The position numbers and the translations under genes were made by a program. From positions 544,001 to 608,000 of the forward strand of contig CAWKDB010000002.1 of assembly GCA_963848295.1 (NCBI GenBank): DNA of 64,000 nucleotides, given 5' to 3'. Of the stretch, positions 40,367 through 49,828 are shown piece after piece; the first letter of the stretch is position 1, and every line of letters begins with the position of its first letter. Origin of the DNA: an uncultured delta proteobacterium. Lineage in GTDB: Bacteria > Myxococcota_A > Polyangia > Haliangiales > Haliangiaceae. The notes below the pieces were generated by a model. It saw only the letters and a list, made by a program, of their open reading frames with translations, searched no databases and was not told the origin of the DNA.

Positions 40367-42025
40367 CTACGGCGCGGTGCCGAACTTCTTCGCCATGTCG
40401 CAGATCAGCTTCAGCGCATCTCCCGCGCCCGGTTGTGCCGGGTCGAGCGGCTGAAACTCGCAGACGGCGGCCGCGAGGCCCGTGCGCAGCGCGTCATCGA
40501 GCACGGACGGATCGTCGACGATCAAGAGATTGTGGCTACCGTGAGCACCGATCGCCTGGGCGGCGAGCGTGCCGTGGCAGTCTTCTGGCGCGGCCGCGAC
40601 CGGGTACGCGCTCGGCTCGCACATCGCGGCCTGAGGGATCACCACGATCTCGTCGATCACGTCGAGCTTGGCCTGGAGCTTCGGATCGAATGCGCGCAGC
40701 TTTTCGAGCGTCGCGCGATACGCGGCCGCGACCGCGGTCGGCGTCTCCTTGCTGTCGGTCTCGATCAGCACGTGGAGATCGTTGAACCGCTTGCCAGCGG
40801 TGAGCGTCACGCCGCGAATCACGGTGACCGGCTCGTAGCTGGCGGCATGGCCGCGGATCACGAAGAACGCGACCGCGGCGCCACCTAGCACGAGCAGCCC
40901 GGCGATCCCGGCGAGCGCGTAGCGCCACGAGCTCCGCACCGCCGGGTCACGCCGCGGTGGCCCCGGCTCGAGCTGATCGGCGAGCTCGTTCGCGGTGACG
41001 AGCCGGGCGGGCGGCAGCGGTGTCGCCGGCGGCGGGATCGAGGTCGCGGCCCCACGCGCCGCACCGAGGACTTCGCGGCTGACTCGCTGGGTCTCGACCA
41101 GGCCGAGGTCGCCGTCGCGCAGCGCGCTCTCGAGCAGCTTGCGCATGTCGCGCGCGGTCTCGTAGCGGTCGTCGGCCTTCTTCGCGAGGCTCGTCAGCAC
41201 GACCTCCTCGACCACACTCGGCAGCGCGATGCCGAGCGCGCTCGGCCGCTTCGGCGCGTCCGAGAGGTGCTTCGTCATGATCTCGAAGTGCGTGCTGCCG
41301 TCGAACGGCGTATCTCCGACGAGCGACTCGTACATCGTGGCGCCCAGCGAGTACAGGTCGGTGCGCAGGTCGACCTCCTGGCCTCGGACCTGCTCCGGCG
41401 ACATGTAGCGCACGGTGCCCATCGTCTGGCCGGTCGCGGTCAGCTTCGTCGACGTCGTCATCTTGGCGATGCCGAAGTCCATGACCGTCGCGGCGCCGTC
41501 GGGCTCGCGCACGAGCACGTTCGAAGGCTTCATGTCGCGATGCACGACGCCGCGACCGTGTGCGTACTCGAGCGCCTTCAACACGTCGATCGCGATCCGG
41601 CACGTCGCGACCCAATCGAGGCGCTGCGATTCGAGGATCTGGCGCTCCCAGGTCTTGCCCTGGACGAACTGCATCGCGAGCACGAAGCTGCCGTTCTCTG
41701 AGCCGAAGTTGTACAGGTGGACGATGTTCGGGTGATCGAGCGCGGCCAACGCCTTCGCCTCTTCGAGGAACCGCGACTTGACCTGGCTGTGCGCGGCGAG
41801 CTCGGGCGGCAGGATCTTCAGCGCGACCTCTTGGTCGGTCATCTTGTGCCGCGCTTTGAACACCACGCTCATTCCGCCTTGGCCGAGCACGTCGACCAGC
41901 TCGTATTGGCCAAGGACGGTCTGGCCGAGCATGCGATGGGCGCCGGTCGCGCCCAGTGCGGCACCGCAGTGAGCGCACTTGACGTCGATATCGAGCACTT
42001 CGGAGTTGCACGCCGGGCAGTTCAT
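40367..42025 (-). CDS. Membrane Ser/Thr protein kinase with N-terminal zinc ribbon
   Basis: MNCPAC..CAHC; GQGGMSVV, VALK, HRDMKPSN, DFG, GTVRYMSPEQ; one TM. Confidence 0.93.
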   Translation of the reverse strand: MNCPACNSEVLDIDVKCAHCGAALGATGAHRMLGQTVLGQYELVDVLGQGGMSVVFKARHKMTDQEVALKILPPELAAHSQVKSRFLEEAKALAALDHPNIVHLYNFGSENGSFVLAMQFVQGKTWERQILESQRLDWVATCRIAIDVLKALEYAHGRGVVHRDMKPSNVLVREPDGAATVMDFGIAKMTTSTKLTATGQTMGTVRYMSPEQVRGQEVDLRTDLYSLGATMYESLVGDTPFDGSTHFEIMTKHLSDAPKRPSALGIALPSVVEEVVLTSLAKKADDRYETARDMRKLLESALRDGDLGLVETQRVSREVLGAARGAATSIPPPATPLPPARLVTANELADQLEPGPPRRDPAVRSSWRYALAGIAGLLVLGGAAVAFFVIRGHAASYEPVTVIRGVTLTAGKRFNDLHVLIETDSKETPTAVAAAYRATLEKLRAFDPKLQAKLDVIDEIVVIPQAAMCEPSAYPVAAAPEDCHGTLAAQAIGAHGSHNLLIVDDPSVLDDALRTGLAAAVCEFQPLDPAQPGAGDALKLICDMAKKFGTAP

Positions 42026-42957
42026 CGCGCCTTGCGTTCCCAGCCCGGGATGCGATCGAGCAGCTTGCCGAGCTCGTCGTTGACGATCGCCGGGTACTCG
42101 ACCGGCGTGTAGTGCGTGCCGCCTTCGATCACGACGAGCCGCGACCCGCGAATCAGCCGGTGCATGTGCTCGGCGGTCGCGGGCGGCGTCATGAGATCGC
42201 CGTCGGCGGTGACGATCGAGACCGGCACGGTGATCGTCGGCAGCACGTCCTCCGCGTCGTGCTCGTCGAGCCGGCTCAACAGGTCGGTATAGATCCGCCA
42301 GTCGACGGTGTGGAACCCGGCCGCGACCTGGCGAAAGATATCGACGTCGATCGTGTCCGACACGAGGCCGAAGCGCTTCATCGCCGTGATCAACGCATCG
42401 GAGCCCGCGACCACGCGTGTCGCGCGACCGATGAAGTCCGCCTGCGCGCGGATCAGGCGGAGCAGCATCGGAATGGTCTGGCCGATCAGCCGGCTGCCGA
42501 GCACGGTGCGGAACGTCCGACCGTAGGTCCCGTTGATGGCGAGCATGCCTTTGACCCGCTCGCGGTGACGGCGGATCGTCTCGAACCCGACCTGGACGCC
42601 CATCGACCATCCGATGATGACGAAGTCGCCGATGTGCTCCTGCTCGAGGATCGCCATCAGATCTTCGACCTGATCAGCGACGGTATTGGCGCGCGGGTCC
42701 TTCGGTGCGCCCGAGGTGTAGAGACCGCGGTAGTCCCAACACACCGTGCGATAGTCGGTCAGGGCGCGATAGAGGTGAGTGAACGCGACGTACGTGCCGC
42801 CCAGCCCGTTTGCGAGCACGACCGCAGGACCCGAATCACCGCTGACCTGGTAGCCGATCCTCGTGCCGTCGCGCGCCGTGACATGGCGCTGCTCGATCAG
42901 TTCGCGCCGGGCGCTACCGGTGGCGGGCAAGCCCCCGACGCTCGGTTCCGATCCCAT
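42022..42957 (-). CDS. Alpha/beta fold hydrolase
   Basis: NGLGG, WDYRG, GWSMG, D(LMTP) and GGTHY. Confidence 0.9.
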   Translation of the reverse strand: MGSEPSVGGLPATGSARRELIEQRHVTARDGTRIGYQVSGDSGPAVVLANGLGGTYVAFTHLYRALTDYRTVCWDYRGLYTSGAPKDPRANTVADQVEDLMAILEQEHIGDFVIIGWSMGVQVGFETIRRHRERVKGMLAINGTYGRTFRTVLGSRLIGQTIPMLLRLIRAQADFIGRATRVVAGSDALITAMKRFGLVSDTIDVDIFRQVAAGFHTVDWRIYTDLLSRLDEHDAEDVLPTITVPVSIVTADGDLMTPPATAEHMHRLIRGSRLVVIEGGTHYTPVEYPAIVNDELGKLLDRIPGWERKAR

Positions 42958-42984
42958 CGCTCGTCATCGTAGCCCGAACGTCCG

Positions 42985-43021
42985 AAAAACAACAACGGGC
43001 GCCCGGTTCCGGGGCCCGTTG
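42985..43021 (-). terminator. Rho-independent terminator
   Basis: CAACGGGC..CCGG/CCGG..GCCCGTTG stem followed on the minus strand by TTGTTTTT, just after the 43044 stop. Confidence 0.7.
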
Positions 43022-43043
43022 CAAGGTCAGCGACCCTGTCGCT

Positions 43044-44036
43044 CTAGAAGTAGAGGATCGCCGCGAGCCGACCGCGCGTGTAGTCCTCGCTGTCTCCGCT
43101 GTTCGCCGCCGGCGGCGTCGCGACACGGGCGCTCGCCCCGGCCGGACCCGTCGTGCCCGCATCCTGCGACACGGTCGAACGGCTGCCCGCTCGGATGTCG
43201 AGCGTGATGTGGAAGTGCGGCGTGATCGCGTAGCGCAAGCCGGCGCCGATCTCGGCGAAGTCCTGGGTCGTGTTGTAATCGCCGTCGACGTTCGCTTGCT
43301 GCACGCCGAGCCCGACCAGCACGTATGGGGCGAGCTTGTTACGCGCGCCGATTTCATAGAGCAGCGATCCGCCGAGCCGGCGATCGACGCGCTCGTTCGA
43401 TTGATACGTCGTCTTGCCGAGCTCGCCTTCGATGATGAGGCCCTCGGTCAGACGGAAGCGCGCGAGTAGACCGTAGTCGCTCGAGCCCGTCGCCGAGTTC
43501 TGCGGTGCATTGTTGACGTCGGCCATGCCGCCGAACAGGCCGACGCCGAACCGTGGCAGCGGCTGCTGGACGACGAGCGCGGCGCCGACCGAGGGATCAG
43601 CGTAGCCCGGCTGGACCGGGTAGTAGCTCGAGCCGTAGTACGACGGGACGTACTCGGGATAGTAGTAAGCGTACGGGTTGTACCAATACGGGTAGCCGCC
43701 GACCCAGACGTGGCCGTTGACGCCCCAGTGATAACCGCCGCCGTAACCTCGACCGCCGTAACCGTGGCCGCGATAGGCAAAGGCGCCGCCACCGCCGACG
43801 TGAACGCCACCGTAAGCGCGGACGCCGCCACCGCCGACGTGGACGCCGCCCGAGAAGTGAACGCCGCCTCCGAAATGGCCGCCGCCGCTGAAATGGCCGC
43901 CGCCGCCGAAATGGCCGCCGCCACCGCCGCCGTGGCCACCTCCGCCGCCGCCGCCGCGGCCTGCCTCTGCGGTCCCGAGCTGGAACATGGTCGCGACCGA
44001 GAGAACACCGATAAGAATTGGTAGGCGACGAGTCAC
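43044..44036 (-). CDS. Outer-membrane beta-barrel protein with Gly/His/Tyr-rich N-terminal region
   Basis: Signal peptide, GGGGHF repeats, Tyr/Pro-rich segment, barrel strands (PYVLVGLG, EIGAGLRY) and C-terminal LYF. Confidence 0.8.
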   Translation of the reverse strand: MTRRLPILIGVLSVATMFQLGTAEAGRGGGGGGGHGGGGGGHFGGGGHFSGGGHFGGGVHFSGGVHVGGGGVRAYGGVHVGGGGAFAYRGHGYGGRGYGGGYHWGVNGHVWVGGYPYWYNPYAYYYPEYVPSYYGSSYYPVQPGYADPSVGAALVVQQPLPRFGVGLFGGMADVNNAPQNSATGSSDYGLLARFRLTEGLIIEGELGKTTYQSNERVDRRLGGSLLYEIGARNKLAPYVLVGLGVQQANVDGDYNTTQDFAEIGAGLRYAITPHFHITLDIRAGSRSTVSQDAGTTGPAGASARVATPPAANSGDSEDYTRGRLAAILYF

Positions 44037-44330
44037 GGCATTATGCCTTTCGACGTAAGGACCATCGTGCAATGGGACGCGTGGGCGCACCCGTTGGTTT
44101 AGTTTGCACTGGGCGGGCCAGCGCGCCAAGCGCGGATCCCCCACCCAAAGGTTCTTAATAATCGCGGCTTAGGTGTTCTTAATGCGGTGATCTTTTCGGT
44201 CGCGGTGTGTCCTGGGCTTCACGAGCCAAGCTACTGTGGCGCAACGACGACAGAGCGCAACCGTGGCAATCCTGGGGCATCCTTGACAGTTGCGACGGCT
44301 GGTCCCTAAAGTGCCAGCCCGGAGGCTTAT

Positions 44331-45560
44331 TTGAGCGACTCGAAGAAGAGCGGTAGCCGAGACATCAGCGAGCTCAAGCAACGCCTTGGGCTCAAGAAAG
44401 GGGCCGCGCCCGGCGCCTCGACGCCGCGCAGCCAATCCGCCGGCGTGGTGCCGCCTCCCGGCTTGAACCTCCAGCCCCCGCCTGGGCTCGCTCCGCCCGC
44501 ACCGGCGCAGCCCGCGATTCCGAACGCGCACGACGATCCGTTCGGCGCGATGAACGCGATGGCCGCGGTCGGCACGGTGCAACGCGCGCCCGAGATCGTG
44601 ATCGTCAACGACGGCAGGCCGGTCGAAAACGTCGGCTCGGGCTCGGGCTCGATCGTCAAGATCATCATCCCGGCCGTGCTCGCCCTCGCGATCGGCGCGG
44701 CGATCGGCAACATCGGTGCGAGTGCGAGCGCGTACAACCGCGAGGTCGTCGGCGCCAAAGCAATCCTCGGCGACAGGGCGACCGGTCCGAGCTTCCTCGG
44801 TCTACGCGCGTCGCTGTCGTCGCTCGACTCGCTGCTCGAACAAGCGAAGAAGTCGAACTTCGCGCCCGACGCTGCGGTCGACAAGCAACTCGAAGCGCTC
44901 GCGGCAAAGCTCGACGTCGACGACAGCAAGATCTTCAGCACGAAGCTCGATGCATTCGAACCGGCGGAAGCGAGCCAGGTCGTCGGGTTCTACGCCGGCG
45001 TCGCCGAGATCAAGCAGATGCTCGACGACCACATGAAAGCGGCCAAGAGCGATGACCTCGCGATCAAGGCCGGCAAGAAGGCGACCCAGGACGCGACGCT
45101 CACCGACGCCGAGAACGCCTCGCTCGCCGGCAGCCTCCGTTACGCCTTCCTGATGTCCGCACCGACCGACACCGAGCAAGCGGCCTTCGGCGCCAAGCTC
45201 GTCGAGCTCGGCCCGCCGTACTGCAACGACAAGCTGTCGACCACCGGGAAGTGCGCGGAGGGCGAATCGCCGTCGGCATACACCTATCGCAACGAGCCGG
45301 GCGCGCTCTGGTCGAAGGGCGAGCTCGCGTCGCCTGGCACCGACAGCGTACCGACGAAGAAGCTCGTGATGCTGCTGCCGAACGGCATCCGCGACGCGGT
45401 GATCAAAGGCAGCGACCCGGGCGCGTCCGAGGCGCTGTACGTCCATCGCCTGAGGGCCATCTCCGAACGGACCAAGAAGCTGTTGGCCGACTCGGTGAAG
45501 CTCGAGACGACGATCTCGACCGTCGCGAACAAGGGCAAACGCTTTTCGTTCTTCATGTAG
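44331..45560 (+). CDS. Hypothetical single-pass membrane protein
   Basis: GGAGG RBS and TTG; Pro-rich cytoplasmic N-terminus, one TM, helical periplasmic part. Confidence 0.8.
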   Translation: MSDSKKSGSRDISELKQRLGLKKGAAPGASTPRSQSAGVVPPPGLNLQPPPGLAPPAPAQPAIPNAHDDPFGAMNAMAAVGTVQRAPEIVIVNDGRPVENVGSGSGSIVKIIIPAVLALAIGAAIGNIGASASAYNREVVGAKAILGDRATGPSFLGLRASLSSLDSLLEQAKKSNFAPDAAVDKQLEALAAKLDVDDSKIFSTKLDAFEPAEASQVVGFYAGVAEIKQMLDDHMKAAKSDDLAIKAGKKATQDATLTDAENASLAGSLRYAFLMSAPTDTEQAAFGAKLVELGPPYCNDKLSTTGKCAEGESPSAYTYRNEPGALWSKGELASPGTDSVPTKKLVMLLPNGIRDAVIKGSDPGASEALYVHRLRAISERTKKLLADSVKLETTISTVANKGKRFSFFM

Positions 45561-45723
45561 CGGCGCCCGCAAGCGGGCGGCCCCTCGCGCCGAGGTGTCG
45601 GCCGTCCTTGCTTCGCCGGACAGCCGATTGATCAAATGCGCTCGGGGCTGAATTCCTCGCCCGGGTTGCTCGTCTGCCTTGAGCGGTCAGACTCGTGTGA
45701 GTACGATGCGCTCCGGAGGACAT

Positions 45724-46596
45724 ATGGCACGGTTCCGTAACGCTCTCGCTCTCTCGACGGCCTTGGCCCTGGTGTCCGCGAGCGCGCTCGCGGCCGGCAC
45801 CAAGCCAGCTCCCGCCGCGAAGGCCGCACACGCCGCCAAGAGGAGGCCGGCTCCGCCGCTGTCCGCCAACCACAAGAAGGCGCTCGCCGAGCTCTATGCC
45901 GGCTTCAAGTTCGGCATGACGAAGGACGACGTGCTCGGTGTCCTGCAGAAACAGATCGACGAAGCGTCCGAGGACAAGCTCAAGGCGACGACCGACATCG
46001 CCGCCCAGGATCGCATCCGCAGGGACAGGAAAGCCGAGCTCGCGCGCATCGCATCGAGCTACACCGCGTTTGAAACGAAGAGCACGGGTTGGGACGTGTC
46101 GATCATCGCCGGCGAGTTCGCCCACAACACCGGCGAGTCGTTGATGGACCGCTGGGAGAACTCGGGCGGCAAGAACCAGCGCCGGTTCTTCTTCTTCTAC
46201 AACGGCAGGCTGTGGAAGATGTTCGTGTCGCTCGACGTGTCGATCCTTCCCGAAGACAAGAAGAACTTCGAGACGTTCCGCGGCATCCTCGAGGGGAAAT
46301 ACGGCGGCGGTGACGTCGGCGACACCACGATCACGTGGCGCGCGGGCGACTTCGACGTGCGCGCCATCGATCGGCTCAAGGACTACGACGCGCTCGGCCT
46401 CGTGATCGAGGATCCACGTACGCGCGGCGAGGTCGAAGCGCTGCGCGTGACGAAGGCACCGCCGAAAGAGCAGATCAGCCCGGTGATCAAGGCGATCGTC
46501 GATCCCGACGATAAGGATCATCCGAACGTCAAATCGGACTCGGGCGCGGTCGACGCCGTGATCAAGGCCCAGGGCGGCCCGGCCCCGAGGAAGTAA
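45724..46596 (+). CDS. Hypothetical exported protein
   Basis: GGAGGA RBS, signal peptide; FKFGMTKDDV and RRFFFFYNGRLWKM. Confidence 0.8.
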   Translation: MARFRNALALSTALALVSASALAAGTKPAPAAKAAHAAKRRPAPPLSANHKKALAELYAGFKFGMTKDDVLGVLQKQIDEASEDKLKATTDIAAQDRIRRDRKAELARIASSYTAFETKSTGWDVSIIAGEFAHNTGESLMDRWENSGGKNQRRFFFFYNGRLWKMFVSLDVSILPEDKKNFETFRGILEGKYGGGDVGDTTITWRAGDFDVRAIDRLKDYDALGLVIEDPRTRGEVEALRVTKAPPKEQISPVIKAIVDPDDKDHPNVKSDSGAVDAVIKAQGGPAPRK

Positions 46597-46610
46597 ACGC
46601 CGACCGGCTC

Positions 46611-49600
46611 CTAGTTGCCGATCGACTGCGGGCTGTTGGACATCGAGGCGGACTCGCTCGCCGTGGTCAGCGCATCTGGCGTCACGTTGACGTCGAGCTC
46701 GCTGCCGCTGACCGAGCCGTGGCAACCGGCGCACACCGAGTCGAAGAGGCGATCGCCTTGCGCATTCGTCTGCTGCACGCCCATCGACATGTGCTCGCCA
46801 GGTCCGAGCTGATGCTCCTCGCCCATCGTGACGACCGGGTTGCCACTGCTGTCTTGCAGCTCCAGCACGACGCCGGTCTCCGCCGGTAGCTTGACGAGCA
46901 CCGAACCGTCGCTCGCGAGCGGCGCGGTGCCGAGCAGCGTCCGCATCTGGTAGATGCCCATCGTGTTCGCGGTGCACGAGGTGCCGGGCGGGCACATCCC
47001 TTCGGAGTACACCGCGAGCTGCGTCGCCTTGCGGAACTGATCGACCGGGCGGCCGAGGCGCAGATTCCCGGTGAGCATGGTGAACAGCATCGGCGCGTCC
47101 GGCATGTGGAGCGTCGCATGTGCGTTGTCCATCGGGTCGACCGTGCCGTTGCCGAACACGAGCTGGCGGCGGTTGTTGTACATCTCGCGCGCCGGGTACT
47201 TGTACGCGAGCACCGCGTCGACGCCGCCGTTGATGAGCACCCGGTAGTAGTTCGGATCGGTCGCGGGGTCGCGCCGCGGGTTGACCGCGACGATGTCCCA
47301 GCTGGCGCCCCCATCGGTCGTGTACGACACCATGATCTCGCCGCTCGGGAGATAGAACGGCGCGCGATAACCGGTGGTGACGCCGGCGCGGCCGGTCGCG
47401 GCCGGATCGCCGAGGAACTTCACCGAAGGTAGATAGCCTGTGTCGTCGCGGCCGAGCGAGAACGGGCCGACGCTGCGATTGAACGTCGCGAGCGCGCCGA
47501 GCGCGCCATCGGCATCGGACAGGATGATCGTGAACGAGCCGTCATTGCCCTCGCGGATATCGGTCGCCGCGCTGTAGCCGATCGACGGCAGCGTCTTGGT
47601 CAGGTCGGTGAGATCCGCGTACGGCGAGCTCGAGCGCTGCGCGAGCAGCGGGTGGTAGTCCGTCATGTCCCAGTTCATGCGCCGGCCCGAGAGCTGGTAG
47701 AAGCCGGGGCTCACCTTCTCGGTCGTCATCGTCATCCGGCCTTCGCGCATGAAGTGCGGCGAGATCTCCGAGTTCGACAAGAACGTCATCTGCACCGGCG
47801 GCGGCATCGGACTGCCGAGGTCTTGGCGCCAGATGTCAGACTGCGGACCGCCTGCCGCGAGTCGCGCGCGCGTCAGCGACGGGCCGACGCCGGCCTTGCC
47901 GCGAGTCGAAGCGTAGACGACCGACAGGCCGTCGGGCGACCACGCCGGATCGAAGTTGTCCACGTTCAGGCCACCGACCGCCGGCTCGTCCGGCGTGAAT
48001 TGCGTGCACACGCCGGTGGAGATCACGACGGTGTACACGCTGAGCGGCTGATTCGGGCCCTTGCGTGCCGCGAACACGACGGTGTCGCCATCGTTCTTGA
48101 CGTCGGGCGCATGCACATCGGCCGTGCCGGCGACGAGCCCGGCGCAGTTCGCGAGCAGCGACACCGGCGCGCCGACCTTCACCATGCCCTGGCCGAACTT
48201 GTCGGCGAAGCTGACCGGTTGCGCGAGGAGATCGGAGCCGCCTTCGTCTTGGTCGTACTCCAGGCGGCCGAGCTTCGAGCCACCCGGCCGGCTGACGTAG
48301 ACGATCGAGACCGACGTATCGGTCGGATCCATCGCGGACACCGCCGGGCCCAGCGCGGCGCGCTCGACGTCGAGCCAGTCTTGCAACAGGCAGAACGCCG
48401 GCGTGTCGGTCGCGGGCGTCGGGGCCGCCGGATCGAACGCCGGGCACGTCGCCGGATCCGCGACGGGCCTTTGCAGCGGCGCACTGCACGCCGGGCAGTT
48501 CGGCGTCTCGAGCACCGAGCCCGCGCGGTGAGCGATGCCACCGACCTGAGTCGGATCGTTGTCGCTGATCCGCGCGTCGTCGAACAAGATCGTCTTGGCG
48601 ACCGCGCGACCGCGACGGACGTCGGGGTACTCGAGCGCCATGAAGTCGTTCCTCAGCAGCTCGTAGTTCTTCTCGAGCGAGACGTTCGAGAAGAACCCTT
48701 GGGTACCGCTGCGCAGCTTGAAGTCGTTGAACGCCTGTGGGCTGTGACACGCCTGGAACTCGCAGCCGCGCTGCAGCAACACCGGCTGGACGTAGGTCGC
48801 GAAGAAGGTCCGGCCCGGATCGCCCACGCCGAACACCGGTTGCGAACCCGCCACCGAGGTCGCCCAGTTCAGCAGCGTCACGTAGTCGCCGTCGGTCGTC
48901 GACGCGAACTGATCGCCACCGGTGTGGCCGCGACCGCCCGCGGCAACCGCGAGCGGCACGCGCAACAGCGACGAGTCGGACACCGTCGGTGCGACGAACT
49001 TCGCCGCCTGGGTGAAGTTGAACGCGATCTGAGTGTCGTCGTTGCCGCACGTGATGTAGAAGTCCGATTGCTGGGCGCCGTGGCAGTTGCTCGAGGCGCA
49101 GCCGTGATTGCCGAAGTCGGTCAGGATCGGCTGGACGCCCGACTTGAACGCGCCGAAGTTCGGATCGGCTTGCGCCGCCGTCGGGTCGAACGCCGAGCCG
49201 TCGGGGTTCGGTGGGATCAGCGTCGAGCACGCGCCGTTGCCGGTCTGCGCCGGGGTCGCCGGCTTGAGCCCGTCCTCGGTCGCACCGTTCTCCAGCCATG
49301 TCTGCAACGTGTTGAAGCCGTCGGAGTCGACCGCGAAGATCGCCCCGCCGCCGTGGAACACGTCGATCGGGATGAAGCCGTCGCCGTACTGCATCTGCAG
49401 CTTCGTGGAAGCGTCGGCCGGGTTCGGATCGAGGGTCAGTGGCGCGACCGCCTTGATCAGCAGGAGCGGATACGGATACGCGCCGAACCGGGTCAGCACG
49501 TCGCGCCGCTTCGAGATCGAGGCAAACGACGTGACGTCGAGGTTGCCGACCAAGATCTGGGCCGGGCCCTCCGTCGGATCCACGGCATGACAGCCCGAGA

Positions 49601-49751
49601 CGTTGCCGGCGCAGTGCTGCTTGAGCACGGGCTCGACGACGCGGTCGAAGTACGTCGTGCCTGGCGCCGAATCGCACGAACCGCAGCCGCCGACTGCGAT
49701 GCTCCCAGCGACACCAAGGGTGACGAGGAAGCTTACCCAACGTAGCTTCAT
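46611..49751 (-). CDS. Multiheme cytochrome c / TolB-like beta-propeller lipoprotein with hydrazine-synthase-alpha-like C-terminal domain
   Basis: Lipobox VGGC. Three V(E/Q)P(V/I)L-C...CH domains (CAGNVSGCH, CASSNCH, CEFQACH), PD40 repeats (FDPAWSPDG) and LGTAPLASDGS..LELQD..PGE..CAGCH. Confidence 0.8.
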   Translation of the reverse strand: MKLRWVSFLVTLGVAGSIAVGGCGSCDSAPGTTYFDRVVEPVLKQHCAGNVSGCHAVDPTEGPAQILVGNLDVTSFASISKRRDVLTRFGAYPYPLLLIKAVAPLTLDPNPADASTKLQMQYGDGFIPIDVFHGGGAIFAVDSDGFNTLQTWLENGATEDGLKPATPAQTGNGACSTLIPPNPDGSAFDPTAAQADPNFGAFKSGVQPILTDFGNHGCASSNCHGAQQSDFYITCGNDDTQIAFNFTQAAKFVAPTVSDSSLLRVPLAVAAGGRGHTGGDQFASTTDGDYVTLLNWATSVAGSQPVFGVGDPGRTFFATYVQPVLLQRGCEFQACHSPQAFNDFKLRSGTQGFFSNVSLEKNYELLRNDFMALEYPDVRRGRAVAKTILFDDARISDNDPTQVGGIAHRAGSVLETPNCPACSAPLQRPVADPATCPAFDPAAPTPATDTPAFCLLQDWLDVERAALGPAVSAMDPTDTSVSIVYVSRPGGSKLGRLEYDQDEGGSDLLAQPVSFADKFGQGMVKVGAPVSLLANCAGLVAGTADVHAPDVKNDGDTVVFAARKGPNQPLSVYTVVISTGVCTQFTPDEPAVGGLNVDNFDPAWSPDGLSVVYASTRGKAGVGPSLTRARLAAGGPQSDIWRQDLGSPMPPPVQMTFLSNSEISPHFMREGRMTMTTEKVSPGFYQLSGRRMNWDMTDYHPLLAQRSSSPYADLTDLTKTLPSIGYSAATDIREGNDGSFTIILSDADGALGALATFNRSVGPFSLGRDDTGYLPSVKFLGDPAATGRAGVTTGYRAPFYLPSGEIMVSYTTDGGASWDIVAVNPRRDPATDPNYYRVLINGGVDAVLAYKYPAREMYNNRRQLVFGNGTVDPMDNAHATLHMPDAPMLFTMLTGNLRLGRPVDQFRKATQLAVYSEGMCPPGTSCTANTMGIYQMRTLLGTAPLASDGSVLVKLPAETGVVLELQDSSGNPVVTMGEEHQLGPGEHMSMGVQQTNAQGDRLFDSVCAGCHGSVSGSELDVNVTPDALTTASESASMSNSPQSIGN

Positions 49752-49828
49752 AGCTTGATCCTACTCCTAAAATGCGACGAGCCGCGCTTTGCAAGCGCGG
49801 CCCGGATCACGACTCTAGGTCCCGGAGC

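Noticed and set aside
44090..44110. Possible sigma54 promoter (TTGG...TTGC)
   Set aside because: GG-to-GC spacing is 8 nt, not the required 10.
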